This document shows, one piece after another, positions 1-9,571 of a stretch of 59,482 bases of DNA. A program made the translations under genes and the position numbers. Source of the DNA: a virus. Taxonomy: Duplodnaviria > Caudoviricetes. Location of the stretch: positions 1 through 59,482 of the IMG/VR virus record IMGVR_UViG_3300037851_000299. One strand, written 5' to 3'. Position 1 is the first letter of the stretch. Each line of letters opens with the position of its first letter. The notes beneath the pieces were generated by a model that was not told the origin of the DNA, did no database searches, and saw only the letters and a list, made by a program, of their open reading frames with translations.

Positions 1-738
1 GCATGGCCAGCCAATCTCCTCCAGTTGCTCTAAGCGAGAGGCTTCGTTTTTTCTCAGCCTCTCGACCTCGGCATGGAGTTGCTCGCACCTCTCAGCGGCG
101 GACAGCCACTCCGACGACCGCTGGGCTTGCGGGAGTGCGTAGATGCGATCTTCAGACCACCCCGACAACTCCAGCAGTTCGATGAGTTTTGCTCTGCTGA
201 TCGCATCCGCATCAGCGGCCATCAGCGCCACCTGTGCCACCTCATCGCGCATCGCGTCGTCTCTGGCATCCAACTCAGTGACGCGGGCGCGGAGCCTCTC
301 GTTCTCGGCGCGGGCCTCAAGCGCGAGACATCCCCACCCCTTCGCCGTGGTCGCCTCACCGGTGTCGGGGTTTTGCCAGACCACATCGCGCCCCAGGGAA
401 TCCACGTCTTGCTGGAGCTGCCGCATCATCCGCACCGCGATCGGTCCAACGTCGTCGCCGATGTGACCCCCAACGGCCTTGGCGAGGGCGCGGTCATCGA
501 ACGAGACGTACTCGGTCACATGGCTGATGCTGGCGGCGAGCTTGCGGCTCGTCGCCTTCTCGACCGCGAGATCCTCGCGGAGCCTCACCAGCTCAGCGTC
601 CCTCTCGGCGAGCTTATCGCGCAGCTCGACAGCCCGAGCAGACAGCTCGCAATTGGCGTCCGTCAGCGCCACAATCTCGCACTCATGACACCGGTCATCG
701 ACGACCCTGCCGTGTTCACACCGCTTGATCTCACTCAT
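1..738 (-). CDS. Coiled-coil hypothetical protein, 3'-truncated by window edge
   Basis: ATG at 738 overlaps the resolvase stop; frame is open to position 1 (MSEIKRCEHGRVVDDRCHECE...AENERLRARV...); missing from ORF track because it has no stop. Confidence 0.75.
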   Translation of the reverse strand, partial: MSEIKRCEHGRVVDDRCHECEIVALTDANCELSARAVELRDKLAERDAELVRLREDLAVEKATSRKLAASISHVTEYVSFDDRALAKAVGGHIGDDVGPIAVRMMRQLQQDVDSLGRDVVWQNPDTGEATTAKGWGCLALEARAENERLRARVTELDARDDAMRDEVAQVALMAADADAISRAKLIELLELSGWSEDRIYALPQAQRSSEWLSAAERCEQLHAEVERLRKNEASRLEQLEEIGWPC

Positions 739-1291
739 CGGCGTCGACCTTCCTGTACCGCGGCTTGAGCCGCAGCTCTGCGAACGCCAGCCCGATCCCC
801 AGCGCGTCAAGCTGGTCCTGGTTCGTGCCTGAGTCGAGGCCCGGGAAGCGCCGCAACAGCGCCACCCGCACCTCCGGTTTCTTGGCGTTGCCGTTCCCGC
901 AAAGAGCCTTCTTCCACGTCCCAATTGGGATGGCGTCGATGTCGGCTCCGGTGCGGTAGGCCGCCAGCATGAGCATCGCCCGTAGCTCGCCGTGCTGCAT
1001 GAGGTAATCCATGTTCGAGTCGGCGCGCCCGGCTGAGTGGCGGATCAACTCCCACACGAGCGTGATTGGCGGCGGGTCCGGGGCTCCATCGTGAGCCGCG
1101 GTCACCGTCGCGATGACGCAGTCGAGGAACCGCTGCAGGGTGTGCCCGCGGTGGATGTCGTCGGGGTGGGTCAGGGTCAGGTCCGTGCCGTCAATGGCCA
1201 GCGGCGAGCCACCGACGCAGTCGAGCCTCGCGATGCCGCAGCGCTCTCCGAGGTCGAAAGCGAGAACGGTGTGGAACAGGGGGTCATGCAT
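731..1291 (-). CDS. RuvC-like Holliday junction resolvase
   Basis: VLAFDLG, WE, TWKKALCGNGNAKK and DQLDALGI match RuvC acidic-motif spacing; start taken at MHDPLF. Confidence 0.85.
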   Translation of the reverse strand: MHDPLFHTVLAFDLGERCGIARLDCVGGSPLAIDGTDLTLTHPDDIHRGHTLQRFLDCVIATVTAAHDGAPDPPPITLVWELIRHSAGRADSNMDYLMQHGELRAMLMLAAYRTGADIDAIPIGTWKKALCGNGNAKKPEVRVALLRRFPGLDSGTNQDQLDALGIGLAFAELRLKPRYRKVDADE

Positions 1292-1808
1292 CGGAGTCCT
1301 CGCCTTCCTGGGCTCGCTGCTGCGGGATGTCCCTTCGTAGCGCGATGAACACGCGGCCCATCGCCTGGTCATCAACGATGGCCTGGATGCGCTCTGTGAT
1401 GCGGCGGCGGTTCGCCAGAATCTGGCGCCGGCGGCGGGCGGCCCCGAAGGGTCCACCAGTCCGCAGCCACCACTGCAACCTCCACCAGCGAGCGGCGAGT
1501 GGTGGGCCCGGAACGAGCAGCAGGTCACGCCGGATGTCACCGAAGGTGTGGTGGTACGTGTCGCGGCCGTTCAGCGAATCGCTCTCGAGGAAGCCGCGGA
1601 AGGCGTGTCGCAGCCACTCGTCGCTGAGGTGTGCGCCGGTGCGAAGAACGCGCCGCCTCCATGCGCGCCTGCGCCACCACGTCAGCAGCGCCGGCCCAGC
1701 GATGGCTCCGGCCCGGATCCACCCCCACAGGTAGGCGGCGGCGGCACACGCGATGAGCCCGCCGAGGGCGCAGGCGACGATCAGGTCGAACCATTCCGTC
1801 GATACCAT
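1284..1808 (-). CDS. Hypothetical membrane protein
   Basis: GGAGG RBS; hydrophobic N-terminus followed by Arg-rich stretch. Confidence 0.7.
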   Translation of the reverse strand: MVSTEWFDLIVACALGGLIACAAAAYLWGWIRAGAIAGPALLTWWRRRAWRRRVLRTGAHLSDEWLRHAFRGFLESDSLNGRDTYHHTFGDIRRDLLLVPGPPLAARWWRLQWWLRTGGPFGAARRRRQILANRRRITERIQAIVDDQAMGRVFIALRRDIPQQRAQEGEDSDA

Positions 1809-1929
1809 TGAATTCCTCCAGTCTAGAAACGTCGCCCCTCGCGCCTGGCTGGGGGCGCTTTGAACTTTCGCGCCCCGGGCCGCGGAGTTCTACAGCCCCG
1901 GGCTCCGACGAATCCTGGGGCGTCCTGGG

Positions 1930-2154
1930 TCACAATTTGAGCGCGCCCTCCCCGGCCGTCGAATCCGCGGTCAGGGTGAGCTGGGCAGGCGGGCCGACCC
2001 GCACGAACGCAAGGTCGGCCCGATGACCGCAGTAGTCACAGCAGTAGGAGCGCAGGGAGTATCCCGAGAGCTGCAACACGGTGCCCTGCGGGAGCCCCAA
2101 GAGCAGTTGCCCGAGGCACTGGTCGCAGAGCGTAGGGTGCGTTGCCGCTTCCAC
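1930..2154 (-). CDS. Small Cys-rich hypothetical protein
   Basis: GGGAGG then GTG; CDQC and CCDYC. Confidence 0.55.
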   Translation of the reverse strand: MEAATHPTLCDQCLGQLLLGLPQGTVLQLSGYSLRSYCCDYCGHRADLAFVRVGPPAQLTLTADSTAGEGALKL

Positions 2155-2155
2155 G

Positions 2156-2383
2156 TCAACCTCCCCTGATCTTCCGAACGACCTCCTGAGCCACGCACAG
2201 GCGGCACGTGTCCGCGCAGTGGTCCTCAATGGGGTCCTCCTCCATCTCGTGCCAGCGATCCGGGTCCAGGTCTGCCGTCTCGAGTAGCCCCTCGAGTGCA
2301 GCAAGCAGCTCGGGGCCGTGTTGTTTGGCGCGCTCGTCGATGATGAAGTGCTTGGCTGTTTTCCGCTCTGCGCCTCGCGGCAT
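2156..2383 (-). CDS. Hypothetical protein
   Basis: GGAGGAG RBS; PELLAALE phage small-protein motif. Confidence 0.65.
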   Translation of the reverse strand: MPRGAERKTAKHFIIDERAKQHGPELLAALEGLLETADLDPDRWHEMEEDPIEDHCADTCRLCVAQEVVRKIRGG

Positions 2384-2384
2384 G

Positions 2385-2564
2385 TCACTCCTCCTTCGGG
2401 TATACCGCCTTGACGTGTGCGGCGGTCGTCATTAGCCCCGTGCGCTTCGCGTAGCGCTCGGCGAGGCGTAGGGCCTCGGCTTTTGCGGGAACGTCGTCAT
2501 GGAGAACGCGGTAGTTCGGTGCGTCTGCGCGGCCCGTCGTGACGAGCACCATCCAGCGCTTCAT
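2385..2564 (-). CDS. Hypothetical protein (59 aa)
   Basis: MKRWMVLVTTG...YPKEE fills the gap between flanking genes; below ORF track cutoff. Confidence 0.6.
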   Translation of the reverse strand: MKRWMVLVTTGRADAPNYRVLHDDVPAKAEALRLAERYAKRTGLMTTAAHVKAVYPKEE

Positions 2565-2568
2565 GGTC

Positions 2569-4176
2569 TTACTCCCACCTTTCCAGCCAGACCTCCCGGC
2601 AGAAACCGTCCAGCCACACGCGGATCCGAACCGGGACGGACCACGTCGCGCCGAGGATGAGGCCGCAGGCCGACGCCTCGTCAGCCCCGGCCGGCGCGCC
2701 GCGCTTCGAGAAGGCTTCGATGACCGACCGCACCTCGTGGAGCTTGGAGGAGAGGATCTCGGGGAACAGGCACATCTCGCTCGCCGAGAGATCGCGTGCC
2801 CCCTCGAGCACGAGCATCAGCCGGGCTCCGTGCTGGGTGTAGCGGGACGGCTCCACCCACTCGTGAGGACCACGGCAGACCGCGGTCACGGGGCACCAGG
2901 AGTTCGTCTGGAGGCCCCACTTGGCAGGCCGCGACCCTCCGGAGTAGACGTACCAGGAGAACGGATTCCGGTGGTCCTCACGGTCCCACTGGATGATCGG
3001 GGGTGCTTCGGGGTTGACGGCCGTCAGAAGCGCCCCGTAGGATTCCGGCCGGCTTGGCAGCCACACGGCCAGCTTCTGGGCGACTGGGAGGATGTCGCGG
3101 AGGAATCGGGTGGTAGTCATGGGCTCCGGCGGCGGCGTCTGGAGCCGGGGAAGCGTCTTCTTTCCCCGCCGCCGGCCCTTGGTCGCGATGCCGGCGAACA
3201 CGCTGCCGCCGCCAGCCGCCGGCGCCTTAGCCTGCGGCGCCCGCCACAACGCCGTGATGATCTCCTCGACCCGGGCATACCGCCGTTGCAGGGACGGCTC
3301 GATGCCGAGCGTGGCGACGATGCGCTCGGCGCGCTTGACAGCTCCGGCGGAAGGCGCCGCCTGCGGGCGCTGGTATTGCAGCGGGTGCATCTTCGCGGCG
3401 AAGCGGGCGGCGCAAGCCTCGAATGGCAGGCCGGACGCGACGTCCGCGAGCAGCGTTCCGATCATCGTCGTGCGCGGATGGCAGAACCCTGGCGGGGCGG
3501 TGGCGACGGCGCGCCACACCCGATTGCGTTTCGCCTCGTGATGCTTGGTGGCTGCCAGGTCGCGCTTCAGCTGCAGCAACCACCGCGCCGGGGCGATGAC
3601 GTGTTCGGAGCGGTACAGCGAGTTGGACTCCAGCAGGAACACGGTCTGCGCCAGCTGATCGACGGTGACCTCGACCAGCGCCATGCTCAGCGTCTTGTAG
3701 TCCTCGCGCTGCGCTGCCATCGCCTGGTGTGCGGTCAGCAGAGGGTGGTGCCAGACCGACGTAAGCGGCGGGGTCACGTGCATGTGGTGCCAGCCGCCAG
3801 CCTCGGGCGTCCCCCACACGGAAGCAGAGGAGTGGAACACGCCGGTGACGTGCGCCTTCACCACCTCGGCCGCGAGAAGCTCGAGGGCGCTGTGCTGCTC
3901 GCCGCCGTTGTCGCCGCACCACCAGATCAGCGGGACGATCCCGTCGGACGCGTCGAGCACAGCCAGGTGGCCGAACGTCTCGACGAACCTGCGGCAGGCG
4001 TTGCACGTGTAGTGCTGGACCCTGGCGGCCGGTAGGGCGGAGAGGTACAGCTCCCACAGCCCGGTTGCGTCCGTCGTGTAGATGGGGCCACGGCACCGCG
4101 CCAGGAACGCGGTGTTGAGGCGCTGCAGAAATGTGTCGTAGTAGTCGTCGGGGTGAATCGTGGATGTCGCTTTCAT
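2569..4176 (-). CDS. Large phage protein of unknown function
   Basis: 535 aa, AGGAGG RBS, HYTCNACRRF metal-binding-like motif. Confidence 0.8.
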   Translation of the reverse strand: MKATSTIHPDDYYDTFLQRLNTAFLARCRGPIYTTDATGLWELYLSALPAARVQHYTCNACRRFVETFGHLAVLDASDGIVPLIWWCGDNGGEQHSALELLAAEVVKAHVTGVFHSSASVWGTPEAGGWHHMHVTPPLTSVWHHPLLTAHQAMAAQREDYKTLSMALVEVTVDQLAQTVFLLESNSLYRSEHVIAPARWLLQLKRDLAATKHHEAKRNRVWRAVATAPPGFCHPRTTMIGTLLADVASGLPFEACAARFAAKMHPLQYQRPQAAPSAGAVKRAERIVATLGIEPSLQRRYARVEEIITALWRAPQAKAPAAGGGSVFAGIATKGRRRGKKTLPRLQTPPPEPMTTTRFLRDILPVAQKLAVWLPSRPESYGALLTAVNPEAPPIIQWDREDHRNPFSWYVYSGGSRPAKWGLQTNSWCPVTAVCRGPHEWVEPSRYTQHGARLMLVLEGARDLSASEMCLFPEILSSKLHEVRSVIEAFSKRGAPAGADEASACGLILGATWSVPVRIRVWLDGFCREVWLERWE

Positions 4177-4253
4177 CGTTCCTCCTGAAGCTCAGAACAG
4201 GGAGCCCGGCGCCGCGGGCGCGCCGGGCGGGTTGTGCGGAGCGGCCCTGGGGG

Positions 4254-4637
4254 TCACGTCTTCGGGAGCCCGAGCGGCTCGCCGTCTTCATCGCACGGCT
4301 CACCGTCGTCTGCGGGGTCGGCGTCTTCAGCGCTGACGGGCCGGGGCGGGGTGGGGTCGTCGGTGATCAGCGCCCAGTTCGTGGGCGCGTCGAGGTCGCC
4401 GACCGCCACGCGGCCGCCTTCCGCGCCGTCGAAGTCGATGTTGGCCTGCTCGCCGCTGTTGTCCCGCATCTCGGAAAGCTGCCGAAGGATCTCGGTCCGG
4501 GTCGCCTCCATCCCCTTCAGGCGCTCGCTGTGCTTTGCGGCGGATCGCTTCTTCGCGTCTTCCTCGGCATCGATGTCGCGGTCGACCGCCTCCAGGCTCT
4601 GCAGCAATCCCTTCTCGGTTACCTGGTACTCATTCAT
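4254..4637 (-). CDS. Acidic coiled-coil hypothetical protein
   Basis: Start overlaps initiator stop (TGATG). Confidence 0.7.
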   Translation of the reverse strand: MNEYQVTEKGLLQSLEAVDRDIDAEEDAKKRSAAKHSERLKGMEATRTEILRQLSEMRDNSGEQANIDFDGAEGGRVAVGDLDAPTNWALITDDPTPPRPVSAEDADPADDGEPCDEDGEPLGLPKT

Positions 4638-5761
4638 CAGGTTGTCTCCTCTCGTTGGTGTAACCATTCGTCGAAAGTGGGCCACGCCCTCAGCTCAGCT
4701 TCCATCCCGAGCGTGCCGGCGTGACGGTCGATGTACTCCTCCCACAGGCGGTGCTTGGTTGGAGATGCTTGCGTCCCGTACTCGGGGCCGCCGTACTTCT
4801 CGGCGTCGTCTCGGCTCCAGCCCCACCGCCACTCTGGTTTGGCTGTTGGGTCGTGGCCACCAACCGCGAGTTCTGCGCGGCGTTGGGCCTCGGCCCGCTC
4901 TTGCGGCGTGAGGGGGCGCTTGCCCGCCCCCCAGCGCCGGTACTTCCCCTCAAGGACCTTCGCCGCGTTGTTGGGGTTGAGCACCCAATCGACGTCGGCT
5001 TTCCATTCCCGGTCGTTGTGTCCCCGTAAGCCGGGTGAGGCAAGCACCTCATCGATGATCGCCTGGAGGCACCCGGAGCCGTGCTCGACCAGCCTGGCGT
5101 GTGCGGCCGCGCGCCGCTTCGGGGTGATGACGCGGAGCGTGCCGAGTTTTTCGGCCGACCAGCGCTTGAAAAACGCCACGATCTCTGCACCTTCGCGAAG
5201 GCTTCGGTCTGGCGTGGAGGGGGTAGGGGGTGGTATTACTTCTTCTTCTACCTCTTCACTATCTGTAAAGAGAGAAGAGTTCCTCACTACGCGCGCGCGA
5301 GGGGCGAAGGCTTCGAAGACTTCCGCGAAGGCTTCCCAGAACGACGGTCCAAGGCCCTGCAGGTATGTCAGCAGGTCTTGCTGGATGCGCTGCTTGAGGT
5401 CGCATTCCGGCAACTTCTTGAACGTCTTTCCCCAGGCCCGCACGACGTTGGGGCTGATGGGTGGATTGAGACGCGGGCCGGCTGGCAGCCAGATGAGGCG
5501 GGAAGACCAGTCGGCCACGGCCATGCGCTCGCGCTCCAGCTCCGCGAAACACTCCTCAAAGACCGCGAGATCCCATTCGAGGATCTCAGCCATCGCGGCC
5601 TTTCCGTCGATGATGACCCCGGGCAACGGGGTGGATTCTGGCGAGGTGGTGAGGTAACACCAGAGGGACTGCCCGGACGGCGGAAGGCGCGTCAGCCGAG
5701 CGAAGCTCCCGTTCCGCCACATGCGGACGTAGACCCTCCGCCACATGCGTTCGGTCGCCAT
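4637..5761 (-). CDS. Phage replication initiator (lambda O/DnaD-like replisome organiser)
   Basis: N-terminal wHTH-like region (MW..F.RL...QSLWCYL..PESTPLPG), low-complexity linker with internal repeats, C-terminal WKADVDWVLNPNNAAKVLEGKY. Confidence 0.8.
   Translation of the reverse strand: MATERMWRRVYVRMWRNGSFARLTRLPPSGQSLWCYLTTSPESTPLPGVIIDGKAAMAEILEWDLAVFEECFAELERERMAVADWSSRLIWLPAGPRLNPPISPNVVRAWGKTFKKLPECDLKQRIQQDLLTYLQGLGPSFWEAFAEVFEAFAPRARVVRNSSLFTDSEEVEEEVIPPPTPSTPDRSLREGAEIVAFFKRWSAEKLGTLRVITPKRRAAAHARLVEHGSGCLQAIIDEVLASPGLRGHNDREWKADVDWVLNPNNAAKVLEGKYRRWGAGKRPLTPQERAEAQRRAELAVGGHDPTAKPEWRWGWSRDDAEKYGGPEYGTQASPTKHRLWEEYIDRHAGTLGMEAELRAWPTFDEWLHQREETT
5197..5335. repeat. Iteron-like repeats plus AT-rich tract inside initiator gene (putative origin)
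   Basis: GAAGGCTTC at 5197, 5306, 5327 and GAAGACTTC at 5315, flanking an AT-rich tract at about 5233-5285. Confidence 0.6.
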
Positions 5762-5768
5762 GTGGCGC

Positions 5769-6539
5769 CTACCGCTGGACGGTCGTGGAAAACTCGACGG
5801 CGCGGACGCCCGGGATGTCGAGGGTGGACTTCCACTCGCGAGCGAGCCGGTTCAGGACCGGCGCGAGGCCGTCCAGTGCCCCCTGGATGAGGTCGTCCAG
5901 GTGACGCCCCTTGCTGTCGGGGCTGCTGATGTAGCCGAGAAGCTGCTTGGCGTCCACGACCTCGGCGGCCCAGGTTGGGCGGAACGAGGCCCCGGCCACC
6001 CGGACGACCACCTTGGGCGTGACGGTGACGGGTTCCGGCGCCACGACCGGCGCCGGGGCGGTGATAGCTGCGGTGAGCATCTCCTCAGCAGCGGCGTTGT
6101 CGCCGGCGTCCTGCGCCGCGGCAGCGGCGCGGATCGCCTCCTCTTCAGCGGCCCTGCGCTGGCGCTCGGCCTCTTCTCTCGCGCGCTCCTCGGCGAGAGC
6201 GCGGAGCCGCTCGCGCTCCTGCTGCTCGAGGCGCTTGCGCTCGGCGTCGGCCCAACTCGCCAGCGCCCCACGCAGGGCGCCCTTGGCGCGGTTGAGCGGG
6301 TCGACCACCCGCTGTTTGAGGGCGATGGCTTCCTTGTGCGCCGCGTGCTTCTCGCGGATGTCCGCGTCGAACTCGTCGTCGGCCTGGCGCATCAGGGTCT
6401 GGATGTCGGTCAGCATGTGGCCGGCCTCGTTGGCGGTGATCGCGTCCCTGATTGCCACGGCTTTGACACGCTCGGGCCACGCTGCTGCGGCCGTGATGAG
6501 GCCGGCTTGTTGCGGTGTGAGTTCGGTTGGCATTCTCAT
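5769..6539 (-). CDS. Coiled-coil protein of recombination module
   Basis: Long E/R/A-rich helix; C-terminal IPGV motif common in phage recombination-region proteins. Confidence 0.7.
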   Translation of the reverse strand: MRMPTELTPQQAGLITAAAAWPERVKAVAIRDAITANEAGHMLTDIQTLMRQADDEFDADIREKHAAHKEAIALKQRVVDPLNRAKGALRGALASWADAERKRLEQQERERLRALAEERAREEAERQRRAAEEEAIRAAAAAQDAGDNAAAEEMLTAAITAPAPVVAPEPVTVTPKVVVRVAGASFRPTWAAEVVDAKQLLGYISSPDSKGRHLDDLIQGALDGLAPVLNRLAREWKSTLDIPGVRAVEFSTTVQR

Positions 6540-6592
6540 CCCTCCTGAGTTCTAGTTTGGTCGTGATGGTGTGCGAGACGCCGCGCCACGGT

Positions 6593-6883
6593 TCACCTCG
6601 CCCAGTCGTCGCTGGTGGGTTCGTCCGGCACCGGGGCGTCTTCGGAGTCCTCGCGAATGTTCATGAGCGCCGGCGCGTCCGGAACCGGCTCAAGCCCCGG
6701 AAGCGGCGGCTGATCGGCCGGAAAGAGCTTCAGGTGATTGAGCAGGCGAGTCCGCGTCTTGCGGAGCCGCAAGCGCTCGGCCCTGGCCCACTCGCTGATC
6801 CGACGCTCCTGGGCGTCGATGGCGGCGAGGTCGCGAGCCAGAGCAGCGAGCGCGTCCTTCAGGTGCTGCTGAACCTCGGTCAT
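6593..6883 (-). CDS. Hypothetical protein
   Basis: GGAGG RBS, ATGA overlap. Confidence 0.65.
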   Translation of the reverse strand: MTEVQQHLKDALAALARDLAAIDAQERRISEWARAERLRLRKTRTRLLNHLKLFPADQPPLPGLEPVPDAPALMNIREDSEDAPVPDEPTSDDWAR

Positions 6884-7131
6884 GTTGCGTTCCTCCAGTC
6901 GGCGCCTACGGCCGGAGCTACCCAGCCGTCCGCGGCGCTGGGCTGCCCGATCGCGATGTAGCAGGACGTGCAGCAGAACGTGTTTGTCTCGGAGTTGTAC
7001 GTTCCCTCCAGTCGGCGAACCGCCGCGTCGGGGTGACAGTCGGACCCGAACTCCTCTGCGATCTCGCGGTACTCGGCGAGCTCGGCGGGGAGCTTCAGGC
7101 AGCGAAAACAGCGGGGGCTATTGGCGCCCAT
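6880..7131 (-). CDS. Small Zn-finger-like protein
   Basis: CFRC and CCTSC. Confidence 0.65.
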   Translation of the reverse strand: MGANSPRCFRCLKLPAELAEYREIAEEFGSDCHPDAAVRRLEGTYNSETNTFCCTSCYIAIGQPSAADGWVAPAVGADWRNAT

Positions 7132-7132
7132 G

Positions 7133-8164
7133 TCACCCCCCTAGCTTGGTGATGCTCAGGAACCGCTTGACGGCGCCCGGCTTCCCCCTCGCTTCGACCT
7201 GGGCCATGTGCCCGTTGGCGACGATGGTGACGACGCGGCCGACCTCGTCGGGCCAGTTGCCGGTGCGCTCGAGGTAGGCTTTCGCCTGGGCTTTCGCCGT
7301 CGCGTGCTCTGCGGCCGAGGCTTCGTTGTTGGCGACGTCCGCCAGCAGCGCGCCGAAGCCCGGGTTGTCGTCGAGGTTGATGCTGCCCTGCCCCTGGAGG
7401 GTCAGCGTCGTCGGACACACCGCGGCGGCATCGCAGCGGTTGCACCACACGCTGTCATAGGGGATGGGTTGCGGCGCCTGGCCGTCGCGCAGCGCCCGGT
7501 TGACGTCACCGAGGGTTTCGCCGATCCGCACTAGCTCGTCGAACCACGGCTCTGTCCACTCGAGGATGGGCCAGGTGGCGTTGTTGCCCTTGTTTCTGAC
7601 CACCATGCAGACGAGCGGTGAGGGCGGCTTGCCCATGTAGCCGTAACACAAGAGCTGTCCCGGGTACAGCCGCACCCAGGGCATGTTGGATTCCTTCATC
7701 GCCGCGAAGCTGGTGCACTCGTCGGCGTAGCTCGCCGCCAGCCCCTTGATCTCCATCGGGATGCCGGGGAAGCGATGATCCACGGGAATCCCAGCCTCCG
7801 CGAACAGCTGCTCGAAGTCCTCGTGCCAGATGTAGCCGTCGATCCTGCCCCGGAGGTTCAGCTGCTCATCCTCGAACGCGACCTGCTGGTGGGTGACGCG
7901 GTAGCCGGCGCGCTTCAGTGCGCTGATGACGGATTCCTCCAGTTCGCTGCCGGCGGCGAAAATCCGCCGGAGACCAAGGTCAGGAGTTGGGAGGTCCTGC
8001 CAGTGAGCGCGCAGCGCCCACAGGTAGAAGCGGCAGGCGTGGCCGGCCTTGCTGGCGTAGTGGGATTGCGGGCGCCACCGGGGACGCTCCGGGGCCGCAA
8101 TCGCCACGTCCAGACGGTCGATCATCGCCTGCCGGACGGTCTCGAGGGAAGGGTAGTTGCCCAT
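7133..8164 (-). CDS. PD-(D/E)XK exonuclease, Cas4/RecB-like, with probable Fe-S cluster
   Basis: GRIDG, EIKG, QLLCY motifs; one N-terminal Cys (HAC) plus WCNRCDAAAVC. Confidence 0.85.
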   Translation of the reverse strand: MGNYPSLETVRQAMIDRLDVAIAAPERPRWRPQSHYASKAGHACRFYLWALRAHWQDLPTPDLGLRRIFAAGSELEESVISALKRAGYRVTHQQVAFEDEQLNLRGRIDGYIWHEDFEQLFAEAGIPVDHRFPGIPMEIKGLAASYADECTSFAAMKESNMPWVRLYPGQLLCYGYMGKPPSPLVCMVVRNKGNNATWPILEWTEPWFDELVRIGETLGDVNRALRDGQAPQPIPYDSVWCNRCDAAAVCPTTLTLQGQGSINLDDNPGFGALLADVANNEASAAEHATAKAQAKAYLERTGNWPDEVGRVVTIVANGHMAQVEARGKPGAVKRFLSITKLGG

Positions 8165-8167
8165 CGC

Positions 8168-9202
8168 CTACTCCCCCCCGCCGTTCGGCGGCCCCGCCTG
8201 CTGCGGGATGGTTGCCCCGAGGATGTTGGTGTACTCGCCCGACTGCTGGAGCAGGACGTTGCACTGGACGCCGAGGGTCTGCGCGTTGGACAGCACGTCG
8301 CCGATGGCCGAGTCGAAACACGACGCCTTGACCTTGCCCTTGGGACCCATGAGGGTGGCGACCACCCGGATGAACGTCTTGCCGCCCTTGCCAGTGCCCT
8401 GGCTCTCGGATACCTCGAGCACCTCGAACGGAGTCCCCCCGGGCTTACCGGCGGTGGTCAGGTTGGTGTTGTGCTCGCGGTCAACAGTGGCCACCGGCTT
8501 GCGGGTGCTGGCGTAGCCGACCGACTTGACCTTGGACCAGTCGATGCCGGCCTCTTCCAGCTCGGCCCTGGTCAGGGAACCCAGTCCGAGGACCGCCCGC
8601 AGCGCCTCGCCCCAGAGGTTTGTGAGCGCCGACTTGAGAACGTCGCCGGGGTCGATGGGCTTGAAGTGGCCTGGGTTCTCCTTGTCCGGGTGCTGGAAGA
8701 ACCCGTCGCCGGACCAGCGGGAGCCGACGATGTCGACCCAGATGTCAGAGAGAGCAAGGCAGCGGGCGCGGGTCTCGCGGACGTACATGTACGTCCCGTC
8801 CTCCAGGTGCACGAGCCGGAACTGCACGTCTCGGCCGCCGTCGATCTCGATACCGAACATGTGGAAGAGTTTGACGCACCCGTGGCCCTGGATGTAGGGC
8901 ACGGGCTCAGCGTTGGTGTCATCCTCCATGTTGACGATATCGTTGTGGTTAAGGTGAGACAGTGCAGCGGCGCGCACCTGTTTCCAGGCAGCGACGCGAG
9001 CCTTCAGGAGGCGCACGATCTCGAGAACCCGGTCGGGGTCCGCCGCGCCAGCGACCGGGACCATCGCGCCGCCCAGGGCGCGGCGGACGGCCTCCTCGGC
9101 GGATTCTGGAGTGAGGGGGGCGATCCTGCCTTCGGGCGGGATCGGGTTGGCGACGGCCTCCGCCACGATGGCGTCGACCACGGGTTGCTGGTGATGCTCC
9201 AC
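8168..9202 (-). CDS. ssDNA annealing protein, Sak/Rad52-like, with extra C-terminal domain
   Basis: YIQGHGCVKL...GSR...DVLKSALTNLWGEALRAVLGLG pattern; adjacent to exonuclease. Confidence 0.6.
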   Translation of the reverse strand: MEHHQQPVVDAIVAEAVANPIPPEGRIAPLTPESAEEAVRRALGGAMVPVAGAADPDRVLEIVRLLKARVAAWKQVRAAALSHLNHNDIVNMEDDTNAEPVPYIQGHGCVKLFHMFGIEIDGGRDVQFRLVHLEDGTYMYVRETRARCLALSDIWVDIVGSRWSGDGFFQHPDKENPGHFKPIDPGDVLKSALTNLWGEALRAVLGLGSLTRAELEEAGIDWSKVKSVGYASTRKPVATVDREHNTNLTTAGKPGGTPFEVLEVSESQGTGKGGKTFIRVVATLMGPKGKVKASCFDSAIGDVLSNAQTLGVQCNVLLQQSGEYTNILGATIPQQAGPPNGGGE

Positions 9203-9203
9203 G

Positions 9204-9461
9204 TCAATCTCCCTTCACGATAGTGTCGTTGAGTCCGCAGAGGCGGACGATGGTCTTGAGGGTGATCGAGACCTTCCGGGCCTCAAGCATCTTGTGGAGG
9301 ATCGGGATGTAGCTGGGCTTCCACTTGCGGTGCCCGTGGACCATGAGGGACACCGCCGCATCGCTGACGCGCTTGCCGCTGAGCCGGCCGAACGCCTCGG
9401 CCAGGTCGCGGTTCGTTACGGGCGGTTTCCCGCGGTTCATCAGCTCCCGGATCGTTGCCAT
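9204..9461 (-). CDS. Cro/XRE-like HTH regulator
   Basis: TNRDLAEAF...VSDAAVSLMVHG; GGAGG RBS; first gene after promoter at 9519-9547. Confidence 0.7.
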   Translation of the reverse strand: MATIRELMNRGKPPVTNRDLAEAFGRLSGKRVSDAAVSLMVHGHRKWKPSYIPILHKMLEARKVSITLKTIVRLCGLNDTIVKGD

Positions 9462-9518
9462 GAGACCTCCTTCGTTTGTCGTCTGACGGGATCGGCCCGC
9501 CGCCGGGGGCATCTCGTT

Positions 9519-9547
9519 ACGTTACGCTGGACGTTTCATAGTGTCAA
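9519..9547 (-). promoter_or_regulatory. Sigma70-type promoter for recombination/replication genes
   Basis: TTGACA-17 bp-TAACGT. Confidence 0.75.
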
Positions 9548-9571
9548 GCCATAAGCGATTGAGAACCGCGC

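Noticed and set aside
7133-8164. Cas4-like gene as evidence of CRISPR-Cas
   Set aside because: No cas1/cas2 or repeat-spacer array is seen; the context is a phage recombination module.
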